A stretch of DNA of 64,000 nucleotides from an uncultured Thermoleophilia bacterium (GTDB taxonomy: Bacteria > Actinomycetota > Thermoleophilia > UBA2241), in assembly GCA_963702475.1 (NCBI GenBank), contig CAVPCT010000003.1, forward strand, positions 1 through 64,000. The letters run 5' to 3'. This document shows, one piece after another, positions 1 to 9,389 of the stretch; position 1 is the first letter of the stretch; every line of letters begins with the position of its first letter. The notes under the pieces were generated by a model. The model was not told where the DNA came from. It did not search any database and saw only the letters and a program-made list of their open reading frames with translations. A program made the translations under genes and the position numbers.

Positions 1-382
1 CTGTACCGCCGACCTCGATCCGCTCAACAAGACCGGTGGACTTGAGAAGCTCTTGAACCTTCCGACGCTTCGCCAACTCCAACTGCAACCGCGAAGTTAC
101 CTTGCGTACGATACTGAAGTCGTCGTCATTGCCGGTCAGCCCCACGGTGACTACGACGAAATCATAGGCATCAAGATGCTCGACAACGTGGCCGGAAGCT
201 GCTGCGGCGGCTGCATCAAGCAGTGATGACTTCCCAATGCCTCGCTCACCATAAGCCACGAAGTGCTGGGAGTTCCATGCTTGGTCTGACTCAGGGACTT
301 GTTGACCGCCTTGAGTTGATCTCACGTCCAGCAAACAGCTCTGGCGTCACCGCCTTGCCGGTATGAACGGGTTGTACTTCAT
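1..382 (-). CDS. P-loop (AAA_16-like) ATPase, N-terminal part; runs off the window edge, frameshifted near the start
   Basis: Manual translation: MKYNPFIP..., PELFAGRE, then Walker A GERGIGKSSLL (nt 224-250) and an open frame to position 1. Not in the ORF track. Confidence 0.7.
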
Positions 383-671
383 GATTACCCTGTAGGAGCG
401 AAGTCGAAGAACTCGGAGTCAGAAGTCGCAGATGCTCGCTCAAGCGCCCCTATCCTACCGGCACGGATTTGGTGGTCTCGAGCCGGCTAGCCTGGCCAAT
501 GCGCGCCTTCCCCTAGGGCCATGACATCCTCGTCGGGAGGGGGGCGGGCTACGCCGGCCATTGCCTTGGTCCGTATCGTCTTTTGCGTCTTCATGCCGGC
601 GCCGCAACCATCCAGCAACCCCGGTCGCAACCCTGACCCCCCCGCGCGCGGTCGCCTTTGGCATCCTGGGC

Positions 672-677
672 TATAAT
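672..677 (+). promoter_or_regulatory. Perfect -10 box TATAAT upstream of the tRNA-Ala fragment
   Basis: TATAAT 12 nt before the tRNA-like 5' end at 690. Confidence 0.5.
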
Positions 678-689
678 TGTCTCCCTCGT

Positions 690-729
690 GGGCCGCTAGC
701 TCAGATGGGAGAGCGCCTCCCCGGCACGC
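690..729 (+). tRNA. 5' half of tRNA-Ala(GGC), truncated after the anticodon loop (non-functional fragment)
   Basis: GGGCCGC-TA-GCTC-AGATGGGA-GAGC-G-CCTCC-CCGGCAC-G: acceptor 5' strand, D-arm and anticodon GGC. No T-arm follows, and the invariant U33 is C. Confidence 0.7.
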
Positions 730-730
730 G
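716..730 (+). repeat. 15-bp direct repeat CCTCCCCGGCACGCG, copy 1 (copy 2 at 7085-7099)
   Basis: Exact match seen in sequence. Confidence 0.8.
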
Positions 731-766
731 GTACCGTCCGCGTGACTGACGCTTCAGGACGCAATG

Positions 767-864
767 GACGAAGCGACGAACGGATCTGCGCTCTGCAACC
801 CGGTCTGCAGCCCACACGATCCCCGTCCACCTTGGTCGCATGGTCGCTTTGGTCGCTGCCCGCA
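767..864 (+). repeat. ~98-bp dispersed repeat, copy 1 (tandem TGCAACCC-like and TGGTCGC motifs)
   Basis: Aligns colinearly with 6423-6520. Confidence 0.85.
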
Positions 865-1201
865 TGCGGGGTCCTGCTCCCGAGATCATGTGAGCATTGC
901 GCCTACAACTAGCCACTTCACCCCGCCCCGGTCTGGCGCTAGCGTGCTCTGGGGTCGCGGGCCAAGTCCACATACGCATCCGCCGGCGTTGTCCACGCGA
1001 CGATAGTCACGGGTACGCTGCAACAGAATGGGCAACGGATACGCGCTCCCCTGCCGCGTCCTATGCAGTCTTCGAACGAACACAGCCAGCCTCGGTGCTT
1101 TGGTACTAGGCAAATGAGGCAGCTGTGTTGGGAGTCTTAGGCAGTCTGCCGAATAGTAGTTAGAGCGCTGTCGGCAAGACCCGATTCCTGGAGGATGCAG
1201 A

Positions 1202-1693
1202 ATGTCATCAGCTATTGGGGATGCAGCGGTGAAGTTCGTCACCAAGATCTTCTGGCCGTGGTTTCTAAAGAACATCTGGCCACTCATCGCTAAAGCTCTG
1301 ATCGGGTTTCTGGCCAAGCGCATCGGGACTTCGCCCAGAGTGCTGAGGCAGCAGTACAGAGCAGCTACGAGGCTAGAACTGCCAAGGCCCAGCAGAGTGC
1401 GAGTGAAGCGGAGCGTCTCGCCGCGGAGGCCGTCACAGGCGCCGAGCGAGAGAACAGGAGGCGATTGCGCAAGTGTGGCGCACAGTTGCAGAGCAGTTCC
1501 GTGCCGACAACGAGCAACTACGACAGCAGCTTTCCGCGCTCGCGACCAGTCAGCAAGACGCCTCGGAGATTGAAGTGCAGTCCATCACACCTCTGCTTGA
1601 CAACGATGGCTCTCAGATTTTCCTTCCATTGGTGACTCCCGCACAGCGCTTCCTGCGTTGCCCAGCAGCACTAGCAGCGGCGCAGCGCTCTAA
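1202..1693 (+). pseudogene. Hypothetical protein (hydrophobic N-terminus plus coiled coil), about three frameshifts
   Basis: Pieces MSSAIGDAAVKF..., DFAQSAEAAVQ..., WRTVAEQFRADNEQLRQQL..., SIGDSRTALPAL...GAAL* join across frames. Confidence 0.55.
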
Positions 1694-2002
1694 CCCTTCA
1701 ATCGAGGGGGCGGGCCCCGCAACCGCCGGATCCGATCAACCGAGGGTTGGACGCCCTCGCCCTAGGACGACTGGGGCAGCGATGCTGAGCTGCGTCCGCA
1801 TCGTCTGCGAGACTTGATGACGTCGGCCTGTGCCCGCGCCGGTTGGGACGGACGCGCTGGAGCCCCACGGTTCATCGTGACTACAACACTCGACTGCTAT
1901 GCCCCCGCGGGTGTCACTCACCACAGGACTCTCGCTGCAGTCCTGCGATCCATCGTGTTCAGAGGCACGCTGCGTCAGTATGGTGGAGTGCATAGGGGTG
2001 GC

Positions 2003-2852
2003 ATGCTGTTGCGGTTCGTTGACGAAGTGAGTCCGGGAATCAGCCGCTACAGGCTGGATTTGGGCGCGCGGTATCCGGATGGTGAAGCTCGAGCGCGGTT
2101 CGAACAGCGCTGGCCGAGGTTTGTCGAGAGCACCTCCGAGCACGACGACCTTTTCACGCGTGAGGCTGACGCAATCGTCTACCGCACGGAGAGCTTCCTG
2201 CCGCGGGAGGAAGACGGACGCACGCCGCTCCTGCTCATTCTTGGTAACCCGGCATCCCACTCTGTCCGCGCGGGCATGTGCTTCGCCTTCGAGAAGGCAA
2301 GCACACCGAACACCGCTTCTGGCGCGCGTTGGCTGCAGCGAAGTGGCTGTCCTTCCACGACGTCAGGGTAGGCCGGAAGAAGACGTGGAGGCCCGAAACG
2401 CGCGACGGCGTGCCGATCTCCTGGCTGGCAGATACGAATCGCCGTTCCTTGTGGGGATCGACGTCTTCTTCATGTTTCCCAGCCCGGCGAGCGCGCCTGC
2501 CTGGTCAGGCGTCAGCGGCCTTGTGAAGTTGTTCGGGCGGCCGGGGCTCCGCACGCTCGCGACCGCCGAGCGCACGCGCCTGACCACGATCCCACGTCAC
2601 GTGACCGGGCAAGGCGCAGTGGTCGCCTTCCAGAAGGATGCCTACGAGCACCTCCGCGACCAGTCTGCTCCGCCCTACATGGCCGCGGATGCTCTCGCCG
2701 GCAGATTGCGATCGGAATCAGCTGCCGGCTGCCCGGTCCGGCTCTTTGGCGCACCGCCCACGCGGTATGCCCATACGGAGATGTTTCCGGGTCCTCGAGA
2801 GTACGCCGAAGCGATCACGGACACCGGACCACCGGCTCGGCTCCTGCGCTGA
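2003..2852 (+). pseudogene. Hypothetical protein with two frameshifts; possible UDG-like fold
   Basis: ORFs 1814-2371, 2278-2526 and 2079-2852 join as MLLRFVDEV...PLLLILGNPASHS...HRFWRAL...SPFLVGIDVFF. Confidence 0.55.
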
Positions 2853-3133
2853 GCCTTGGCGCCAATCATGCAAAGGGCTCAGGCGCACAACGAAGTGCCT
2901 TGGCACCCCCACTGCGTCCTGCACATCCAGCCCGGGGTCCCGGACTGGCTCCGCGCCGAGTGACGGAATCGACAGACCGACGATTCGACCTTGATCTGTC
3001 GGTTCTGGCGATCGTGTCACCCGGCAGCGCCCGTAGGCCACGGCAGATGTTGCTGCGACTCGCCTCGCAGATCAGCCTTCGCGGACGAGCGCCCTACGTT
3101 GATGCCATCAAAGATGCGCTGACGAATCAGTTT

Positions 3134-3637
3134 TCAGAATGACTCCTTGAACCAACGCTCAACGTCTCGGTCGAGGCTGCTGCACGCCAGAGAATCGCCA
3201 ACGAATGCAGCAGCAACTCCGAGTCTCTGCTCGGGCTCCTCCACCTGAAGCCGGAACTTGCCGCCATGGAAGAGGTTGTTTCGCACACAGCGGATCATCA
3301 GGAGGAGCCAGATGAGTCCGGGACCACGGCCTTCGAATGCCTGGGGCTCTGACAGGCGAGCTTGTTCCCTTCAACGACCTGCTTCCGGGGTGGACAGGCG
3401 CGGAAGTAGTCGGCTGCAGCTCTGACGTCATCGGCCGTCACAGCCCAGAACGCTTCGTCATGGTCCGATCCGAACCGGTCCCAGTTGGGCTGCGCCCCTA
3501 AAGCGTCCCGTCGAGGTACCGGCGGTCCGCTTCAGCGCGTACTCGAAGCGGGAGAAGAACACGAAGAACTCCCACGCCAACTGACGGTCCTCGCTATCGG
3601 TGATCTGACGAATCGAGTCAGGAATCGGAATCTTCAT
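3134..3637 (-). pseudogene. HEPN-motif protein, frameshifted
   Basis: Manual translation: MKIPIPDS...AWEFFVFFSRFEYALKR...AQPNWDRF...PPRKQ...VRNNLFHGGKF (Rx4H at ~3263-3286)...WFKESF*. Confidence 0.65.
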
Positions 3638-3674
3638 GCGGGCACTCCTACCGTTTGCGTGTGCGCCGCGCGAC

Positions 3675-4412
3675 CTACCTATTCCTTCGCCGTTTCTGGG
3701 CCGACGCAGACACGCGGAACTTCCACTTCCTGACGGTGCGACCCCGGGACTCCACGACGACGCTGAGGCTCACTCGCCCGCCGCCGCCGCTTTCAATGTC
3801 TCTGGCAACCCGGTCCGCATGCGCTTCGGCTTCGGGACTCGTGCGACTGTCCTCTGTGGAGTGCAGCCCGGAGATCCACTCCCCTCCCCTCTTGACCGCC
3901 GCGGTGCAGACACTGGCGGCGAGACTCGAGGCGAAGCCGAGCCCGAGTGTCCAGAGTACCTGCTTCTGCGTCCATCCAGCTGGAACCAGCGCGATGATTG
4001 CATTGAGCGAGCCAGTCTCCAGCTTGAGTAGCTCGAGCCGCAGGAAGCGTTTTCGGTCAATACCCGCCGGGAGGGGGCATTCGGGTCCGAGACTGGAGCA
4101 GCAATCAAGATACTCATCACGGGCGAGCTGATCCGAGTGCGTCGAAGTCTCCGAGCAGTGACGCCAGGGTTGCTGCATCGAGCAGGCGCCAGGCCATCGT
4201 ACCAGCAAGGCACAGTGGCACTTGCCGTCCGGCATTCCGGCATGAGTGACCTGGTCCTCCGCTTCAAGAAGGGCAATGGCTTCTTCTTCCTGCTCCTCTT
4301 CTTCCTCCTCTTCTTCTTCCGCGAAGACCTCGAAGGGCGGCTCGTCCATAGGCCCGCTATCTTCGCGCCAGGCTGGCTGCGCCGCCATTTCATACCTCCG
4401 TCGTCCAGACAC
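3675..4412 (-). CDS. Hypothetical protein with poly-Glu tract and Cys/His-rich segment
   Basis: 245-aa ORF; GGAGG before the internal ATG at 4393; no recognisable family. Confidence 0.35.
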   Translation of the reverse strand: MSGRRRYEMAAQPAWREDSGPMDEPPFEVFAEEEEEEEEEQEEEAIALLEAEDQVTHAGMPDGKCHCALLVRWPGACSMQQPWRHCSETSTHSDQLARDEYLDCCSSLGPECPLPAGIDRKRFLRLELLKLETGSLNAIIALVPAGWTQKQVLWTLGLGFASSLAASVCTAAVKRGGEWISGLHSTEDSRTSPEAEAHADRVARDIESGGGGRVSLSVVVESRGRTVRKWKFRVSASAQKRRRNR

Positions 4413-4597
4413 GCGTAGTCTGACAGCGGCCAGATGCCGAGATGGCCACCTCTTCGCCCACCCCTTCGTATCAGGCCGTCCAGTGGCTCGCGCGGAGCCC
4501 CCGTCCTAGCTCACTCCGTAGTTCATCATACCTGCCGGCCCGGTCGACTCGACCTCTTTCGAGTCAGACTGTAGAGGACTGACGTCCGCGGCTGCCT

Positions 4598-4883
4598 CTG
4601 CAATCATTCTGCAACCCAAATGCCCGGTCCGCGATTGGCTTCGTTGGGACGCCTTGGGAAACGGGCCCCAGATTTCGCTGCAAATGGCCACAGTTCCTGG
4701 GACTGCCTGTGACTGGCTGGGTCGCCTTGGTCCTAGATGGGCAGGCCAATGAGCCTGCCTGATAAGGAAGAGGTCCGTGGTTCGAATCCACGTGCGCCCA
4801 CCATTGATTTGCAGCGAAATCGCGTTTCCCAAGTCCTCCGTCGGCCGCCGGCTGCAACCATTCTGCAACCCAAATGCCCGGTC
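4598..4883. repeat. Symmetric att-like structure: 32-bp direct repeats and inner inverted repeats around a tRNA fragment
   Basis: CTGCAA(T/C)CATTCTGCAACCCAAATGCCCGGTC at 4598-4629 and 4852-4883; GATTTCGCTGCAAAT 4671-4685 is inverted at 4807-4821; CTTGGGAAACG is inverted as CGTTTCCCAAG. Confidence 0.8.
4758..4803 (+). tRNA. 3' half of tRNA-Ile(GAT) (fragment, att core)
   Basis: CCTGATAAGGAAGAGGTCCGTGGTTCGAATCCACGTGCGCCCACCA: anticodon loop, T-arm and CCA; no D-arm upstream. Confidence 0.85.
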
Positions 4884-5120
4884 GTGGATGGCACGCGAAG
4901 GGACTCCCCAGCCTCCGTTGTGACTCCGCCCCAGATCGCACGGCCACCCCAAACGCTTGAACTCCCCGCCCTCCGGGCGTACCCGACCCCATACGAGACT
5001 CCTGAGTAGTAGTGCAGCGTTGCGCGCGGGAGGCGACGATGCGCCGAAGGCACCTGACGGCCACCTTCATCCTCCGGGGAGCCACTGGTGAGACAACCCG
5101 CGGGTCGAAGGGGGTGCGCG

Positions 5121-5804
5121 ATGTCAGATCCGGGCACTGGACAGCTGACCGAGGGGCGTGTCCGCGAGCTCATGGAGGACTACGGCGTCGTCTACGAGCG
5201 ACGAGACACGGAGGCCTTTCTGGAGTTCTTTGCCGACGACGCCGTCATGGTCTTGGCGCCGGGCACCTTCAGGGGCAGGGAGGGCGTCAGGCAGGTACTG
5301 GGCTGGGATTCGCGGATCACGCCCACCGTGCGCTTGCGACCGCTGGGCGTCGATTTGCTCCTCAAGGGCAATGCCGCCGTGCGCGAAGTGGTGTTCGAGG
5401 CGACCTGCGAAGGCATCGACTACGAGTACCCCAACCCGGCGTTGTTCGAGTTCGACGCCAACGGCAAGATCCGCAGGTACAGGTCCTCAACTCCCTCGTC
5501 TCCCAAGGGGAGAAGGGCTTCGCAGGCCGGGCGGGGCCCGACGCCCAACGCGGGCGAAGTGGAGACACGTCTCCGCCGGGATTGCCGGGGTCGTAGTCGG
5601 CGGGCTGTTCGTTGCTCTTGCCGCACGGGCTGGTCCGAAGATGGCATCACGGATGACCTCGCGTTTGGGGAGGACGGCCCCGGGGCGTCGAGAAGGCCCC
5701 GTGCTCCGGCCGCAGACCGCCGGGGTCCTGACGCGACTGAGGCCCGCTGCCCTCGTGGGTGGCGGGCCTGCGTCGGGCGAGTGGCCCGGTCTCGGCCACC
5801 ATGA
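5121..5804 (+). CDS. SnoaL/NTF2-like family protein; C-terminus uncertain (possible frameshift near 5490)
   Basis: RRDTEAFLEFFADDAV...FRGREGVR...FEFDANGKIRRYR. Confidence 0.7.
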   Translation: MSDPGTGQLTEGRVRELMEDYGVVYERRDTEAFLEFFADDAVMVLAPGTFRGREGVRQVLGWDSRITPTVRLRPLGVDLLLKGNAAVREVVFEATCEGIDYEYPNPALFEFDANGKIRRYRSSTPSSPKGRRASQAGRGPTPNAGEVETRLRRDCRGRSRRAVRCSCRTGWSEDGITDDLAFGEDGPGASRRPRAPAADRRGPDATEARCPRGWRACVGRVARSRPP

Positions 5805-5872
5805 GCCGCACGACTCTGCTGGTCTCGGCGATCACCCTGTCGGCCGGGTGCGCCTCGTAGGGACGGTCGCCG

Positions 5873-6097
5873 TCAGGCGCACTTATACGCAGATCGGCCG
5901 GACATGCGATAGGCCATGACGGTCTCCGTGACCCACGCGATCTCCTGCCGCTCGTCGCTGGTAAGCCCCGAGATGAAGTGCGCATGCACAGCGCGGGCGT
6001 GCGCGAACATGGCGTCCTTCACTTCGCCGGTACTGCTACCGGTAGCGACGAACTTGCAGTGCTTGAATCCCAGGTCCCTGCAGCTCAGCACGAACAT
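5873..6097 (-). CDS. DUF1059 family small metal-binding protein
   Basis: MFVLSCRDLG..CKFVATG...AHARAVH; GGAGG RBS. Confidence 0.8.
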   Translation of the reverse strand: MFVLSCRDLGFKHCKFVATGSSTGEVKDAMFAHARAVHAHFISGLTSDERQEIAWVTETVMAYRMSGRSAYKCA

Positions 6098-6422
6098 GGT
6101 CCCCTCCCGCTTCCTTTCGTCCTGCACTCGCCACTTCATCGTGCAACGGCCGCTCTTCGCCGAGCGCTTTCGACGAGGGTGGCCCCAGTGAGCCACGCGC
6201 CCTGTGAATGTAGTCCGTGAAGGCGTTGAGGCGCATCAAGCGAACGGGTACTTCCCCGTCGCCAAATGGGTACGTTGGGTGGCTCGATGGCGTCGGGTGC
6301 GCTGCTGAACGCAGTCCTGCTTGCGCGGTATACGGAACCCCTCGTGCGCCGCTAGCTCCGTTGGGAGAGCGCCGCCTTTGCACGGCCTACGGAGACGAAA
6401 AGCCTCCCCTCAAGACGCGAGA

Positions 6423-6520
6423 GACGAAGCGACGCAGGACTCGTCAATCTGCAACCCTGTCTGCAACCCACACGATCCCCGTCGACGTCGGTCGCATGGT
6501 CGCTTTGGTCGCCGCCCGCA
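6423..6520 (+). repeat. ~98-bp dispersed repeat, copy 2
   Basis: Aligns with 767-864. Confidence 0.85.
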
Positions 6521-6620
6521 GTCCAACTGCCTCGGAGCCGATGGCTGTCTGCTGCGGCGGGGTACACACGGGACCCGAACTCAGACTCTCCACAGACCGA
6601 TCGCCGTCACGGAGGCATGC

Positions 6621-7010
6621 ATGCAGATCAAGTTCGTCAGCGTCATGGTGGAGGACCAGGAGCGTGCGCTTCGCCTCTACACGGACGTCCTCGGCTTCGT
6701 GAAGGCGGAGGATGTGCCCGTCGGGGAGTATCGATGGCTCACGGTGACCTCGCCCGACGGCGTGGACGGGGTCGAGCTGGTCCTTGAGCCGATGGCGTTC
6801 CCGCCGGCTCGGGCGTACCAGAAGGCGTTGTACGACGCCGGCGTCCCGGCCATGGCCTTCGTCACGAGCGACATCCACGGCGAGTTCAAGCGCCTCACGG
6901 CCGCCCGTGGCGAGTTCAGAGGCGAGCCCGTGAACAAGGGCCCCGTCACGGGCGTCATGTTCGAGGACACCTGCGGCAACCTCATCCACCTGGTCCAGCC
7001 GGCGGTGTGA
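6621..7010 (+). CDS. VOC/glyoxalase family protein
   Basis: MQIKFVSVMVEDQERAL..YTDVLGF...FEDTCGNLIHLVQ; GGAGG RBS. Confidence 0.9.
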   Translation: MQIKFVSVMVEDQERALRLYTDVLGFVKAEDVPVGEYRWLTVTSPDGVDGVELVLEPMAFPPARAYQKALYDAGVPAMAFVTSDIHGEFKRLTAARGEFRGEPVNKGPVTGVMFEDTCGNLIHLVQPAV

Positions 7011-7084
7011 CGGGCGCACGCAACGCTGCCGTAGCGAGACTGGTCGTCGTGAAGGACGCCACCGTACAAGTATGAGTTGACGCA

Positions 7085-7099
7085 CCTCCCCGGCACGCG
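7085..7099 (+). repeat. 15-bp direct repeat, copy 2 (tRNA-Ala anticodon-arm derived)
   Basis: Identical to 716-730. Confidence 0.8.
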
Positions 7100-7133
7100 C
7101 CGAATGAGCTCAGGGGTCTCGACCTTCAGCCAG

Positions 7134-8310
7134 CTAGTGTCCTGAGTCATAAGTTCGATTGATTTATAGCACCGCCTGTGCTCTCATCGTCGAGAAGCTG
7201 CGATGATGGGAGGCGATCATGGCTGGCAAGGGACGACCGATGGCCGAGCTCGCGCTCACTGGCGGGGAGCGCGAGACCCTCGAGCGCTGGGCGCGGCGGC
7301 CCACCAGCGCGCAGGCCCTGGCGCAGCGCTGCCGCATCGTGCTGGCCTGCGCCGAGGGGCTCACCAACCAGGAGGTAGCGGCGGCCGAGGGCGTGCACCA
7401 GGCCACGGTCGGCAAGTGGCGCGCGCGTTTCGTCGAGAGGCGCCTCGACGGCCTGCACGACGAGCCGCGCCCCGGGAAGCCGCGCACGATCACGGACGCC
7501 GACGTGGAGCGCGTGCTCGTGAAGACGCTCGAGGAGGCGCCGCGCGACGCGACCCACTGGTCGACGCGGCGCCTGGCCGCGGCCACCGGCATGAGCCAGA
7601 GCGCGGTGAGCCGCATCTGGCGCGCCTTCGCCCTGAAGCCCCATCAGCTCGAGTCCTTCAAGCTCTCCACCGACCCGCTGTTCATCGAGAAGGTCAGGGA
7701 CATCGTCGGGCTCTACCTCGACCCGCCCGAGGCCGCGGTCGTGCTCTGCGTGGACGAGAAGACGCAGGTCCAGGCGCTCGAGCGCACTGCCCCGATCCTG
7801 CCGCTCCTGCCGACGACGCCGGCCGGGGCCACCCACGACTACCGCCGCCACGGCACGACCAACCTCTACGCCGCCCTCGACGTCGCCTCGGGCTGCGTGA
7901 TCAGCGATCTCACGGAACGTCATAGGGCCGAGGAGTTCCGCCGCTTCCTGAACCTCATCGACAAGAGCGTCCCCGAGGGCCTCGACGTGCACGTCATCGT
8001 CGACAACTCCTCGACCCACAAGACGCCCGCCATCCGGCGCTGGCTCCTCCGTCACCCACGCTTCAGCTTCCACTTCACGCCCACCTACTCGTCCTGGCTC
8101 AACCTCGTCGAGCGCTGGTTCGCCGAACTGACCGAACGCTGGCTGCGGCGCGGCTCGCACCGCTCGACCAAGGAGCTGGTCGCCTCCATCCGCAGCTGGG
8201 TCGAGGACTGGAACGAGAACCCCCGGCCCTTCGTCTGGCACAAGAGCGCGGACGAGATCCTGCAGACGCTCGCTGCTTATTGCGAACGGATCTCTGACTC
8301 AGGACACTAG
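7134..8310 (+). mobile_element. IS630 family element A
   Basis: Terminal IRs TAGTGTCCTGAGTCA / TGACTCAGGACACTA; CTAG at 7134-7137 and 8307-8310. Confidence 0.95.
7219..8310 (+). CDS. IS630 family transposase
   Basis: HTH region plus DDE motifs VDEK, IVDN, WLNLVERWF. Confidence 0.95.
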   Translation: MAGKGRPMAELALTGGERETLERWARRPTSAQALAQRCRIVLACAEGLTNQEVAAAEGVHQATVGKWRARFVERRLDGLHDEPRPGKPRTITDADVERVLVKTLEEAPRDATHWSTRRLAAATGMSQSAVSRIWRAFALKPHQLESFKLSTDPLFIEKVRDIVGLYLDPPEAAVVLCVDEKTQVQALERTAPILPLLPTTPAGATHDYRRHGTTNLYAALDVASGCVISDLTERHRAEEFRRFLNLIDKSVPEGLDVHVIVDNSSTHKTPAIRRWLLRHPRFSFHFTPTYSSWLNLVERWFAELTERWLRRGSHRSTKELVASIRSWVEDWNENPRPFVWHKSADEILQTLAAYCERISDSGH

Positions 8311-9389
8311 TGCACTGTCTCCAAAACAGCTTTGCAGCGCCCGACCTTCTCGAGGATGGCCTCGACCGAGGCCGTCCAGACGAACGGCTTGGGATCTTCG
8401 TTGTGGGCCTCGAGGAAGGCGCCGATGGCGGCGACGAGGTCGGGCACGCTGGGGAAGACGCCACGGCGCAGAGCCTTCTCGGTCAGGTCTCGGAACCAGC
8501 GCTCGACGAGGTTCAGCCAGGAGCTGCTCGTGGGCGTGAAGTGCAGATGGAAGCGCGGATGCTTCTCGAGCCAGGCAGCGGCGTTGGCGTGCTTGTGCGT
8601 CTGGTAGTTGTCGAGGATCAGGTGCAGCTCGAGATCGCGCGGGAACTCGCGGTCCAGGGTGCGCAGGAACCTCAGGAACTCCTGGTGACGGTGGCGCGGC
8701 AGGCACTGGCCGACGACGCTGCCGTCGAGCGTGCTCAGCGCCGCGAACAGGGTCGTCGTGCCGTTGCGCTTGTAGTCGTGGGTCATGGTGCCGGCGCGGC
8801 CGCGCTTCATGGGCAGGCTCGGCTGCGTGCGGTCGCGCGCCTGGATCTGGCTCTTCTCATCGACGCAGAGCACGAGCGCCTTCTCGGGCGGGTTCAGGTA
8901 GAGCCCGACCACGTCGGTGAGCTTCTCCGTGAACAAGGGATCGTTGGAGAGCTTGAACGCCCGCGTGCGGTGCGGCTGCAGGCCGTGAGCGTCCCAGATG
9001 CGCTGCACCGTCGCCGGGCTCACGCCCTGGGCCTTGGCCATGGAGCGGCAGCTCCAGTGCGTCGCCCCCGGCGGGGTCGTCTGGGTCGTGGCCGCGATGA
9101 TCGCCTTGACCTTGGCCGCCGAGATCGTGGGCTTGCGGCCGCGGCCCGGCCGCGTCTCGGTCAGCGCCTGCGGGCCACCCGCTTCGAAACGACTGCGCCA
9201 GAGGATCACCGTCGGCCGACTGACCCCCAGCGCGCGGGCGATGGCGCTGTTCGACTCACCAGCGGCGGCCAGGAGCACGATGCGCGCACGCAGGGCCACG
9301 CTCTGCGGCGTCTTCTGCGCGCCGGCCCAGCGCTCCAGCACAGCTCGCTGCTCGTCCGAGATGCAGCTCTGAAGGGTCGCCCGCGCCAT
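8307..9389 (-). CDS. IS630 family transposase
   Basis: VDEK, ILDNY, WLNLVERWF motifs. Confidence 0.95.
   Translation of the reverse strand: MARATLQSCISDEQRAVLERWAGAQKTPQSVALRARIVLLAAAGESNSAIARALGVSRPTVILWRSRFEAGGPQALTETRPGRGRKPTISAAKVKAIIAATTQTTPPGATHWSCRSMAKAQGVSPATVQRIWDAHGLQPHRTRAFKLSNDPLFTEKLTDVVGLYLNPPEKALVLCVDEKSQIQARDRTQPSLPMKRGRAGTMTHDYKRNGTTTLFAALSTLDGSVVGQCLPRHRHQEFLRFLRTLDREFPRDLELHLILDNYQTHKHANAAAWLEKHPRFHLHFTPTSSSWLNLVERWFRDLTEKALRRGVFPSVPDLVAAIGAFLEAHNEDPKPFVWTASVEAILEKVGRCKAVLETVH

Noticed and set aside
2-226. Plus-strand open frame ending ...GSCCGGCIKQ*
   Set aside because: It is the antisense shadow of the minus-strand ATPase, which has a clear Walker A motif
2880-2915. Second attC-like start (GCACAAC)
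   Set aside because: No matching R' box or pairing arm found
4284-4326. (TCT/TCC)n tract as a phase-variable repeat
   Set aside because: Imperfect triplet run consistent with the poly-Glu codons of the minus-strand ORF; length change would not shift the frame
4730-4803. Intact tRNA-Ile gene
   Set aside because: No acceptor 5' strand or D-arm upstream of the anticodon loop; only the 3' half is present
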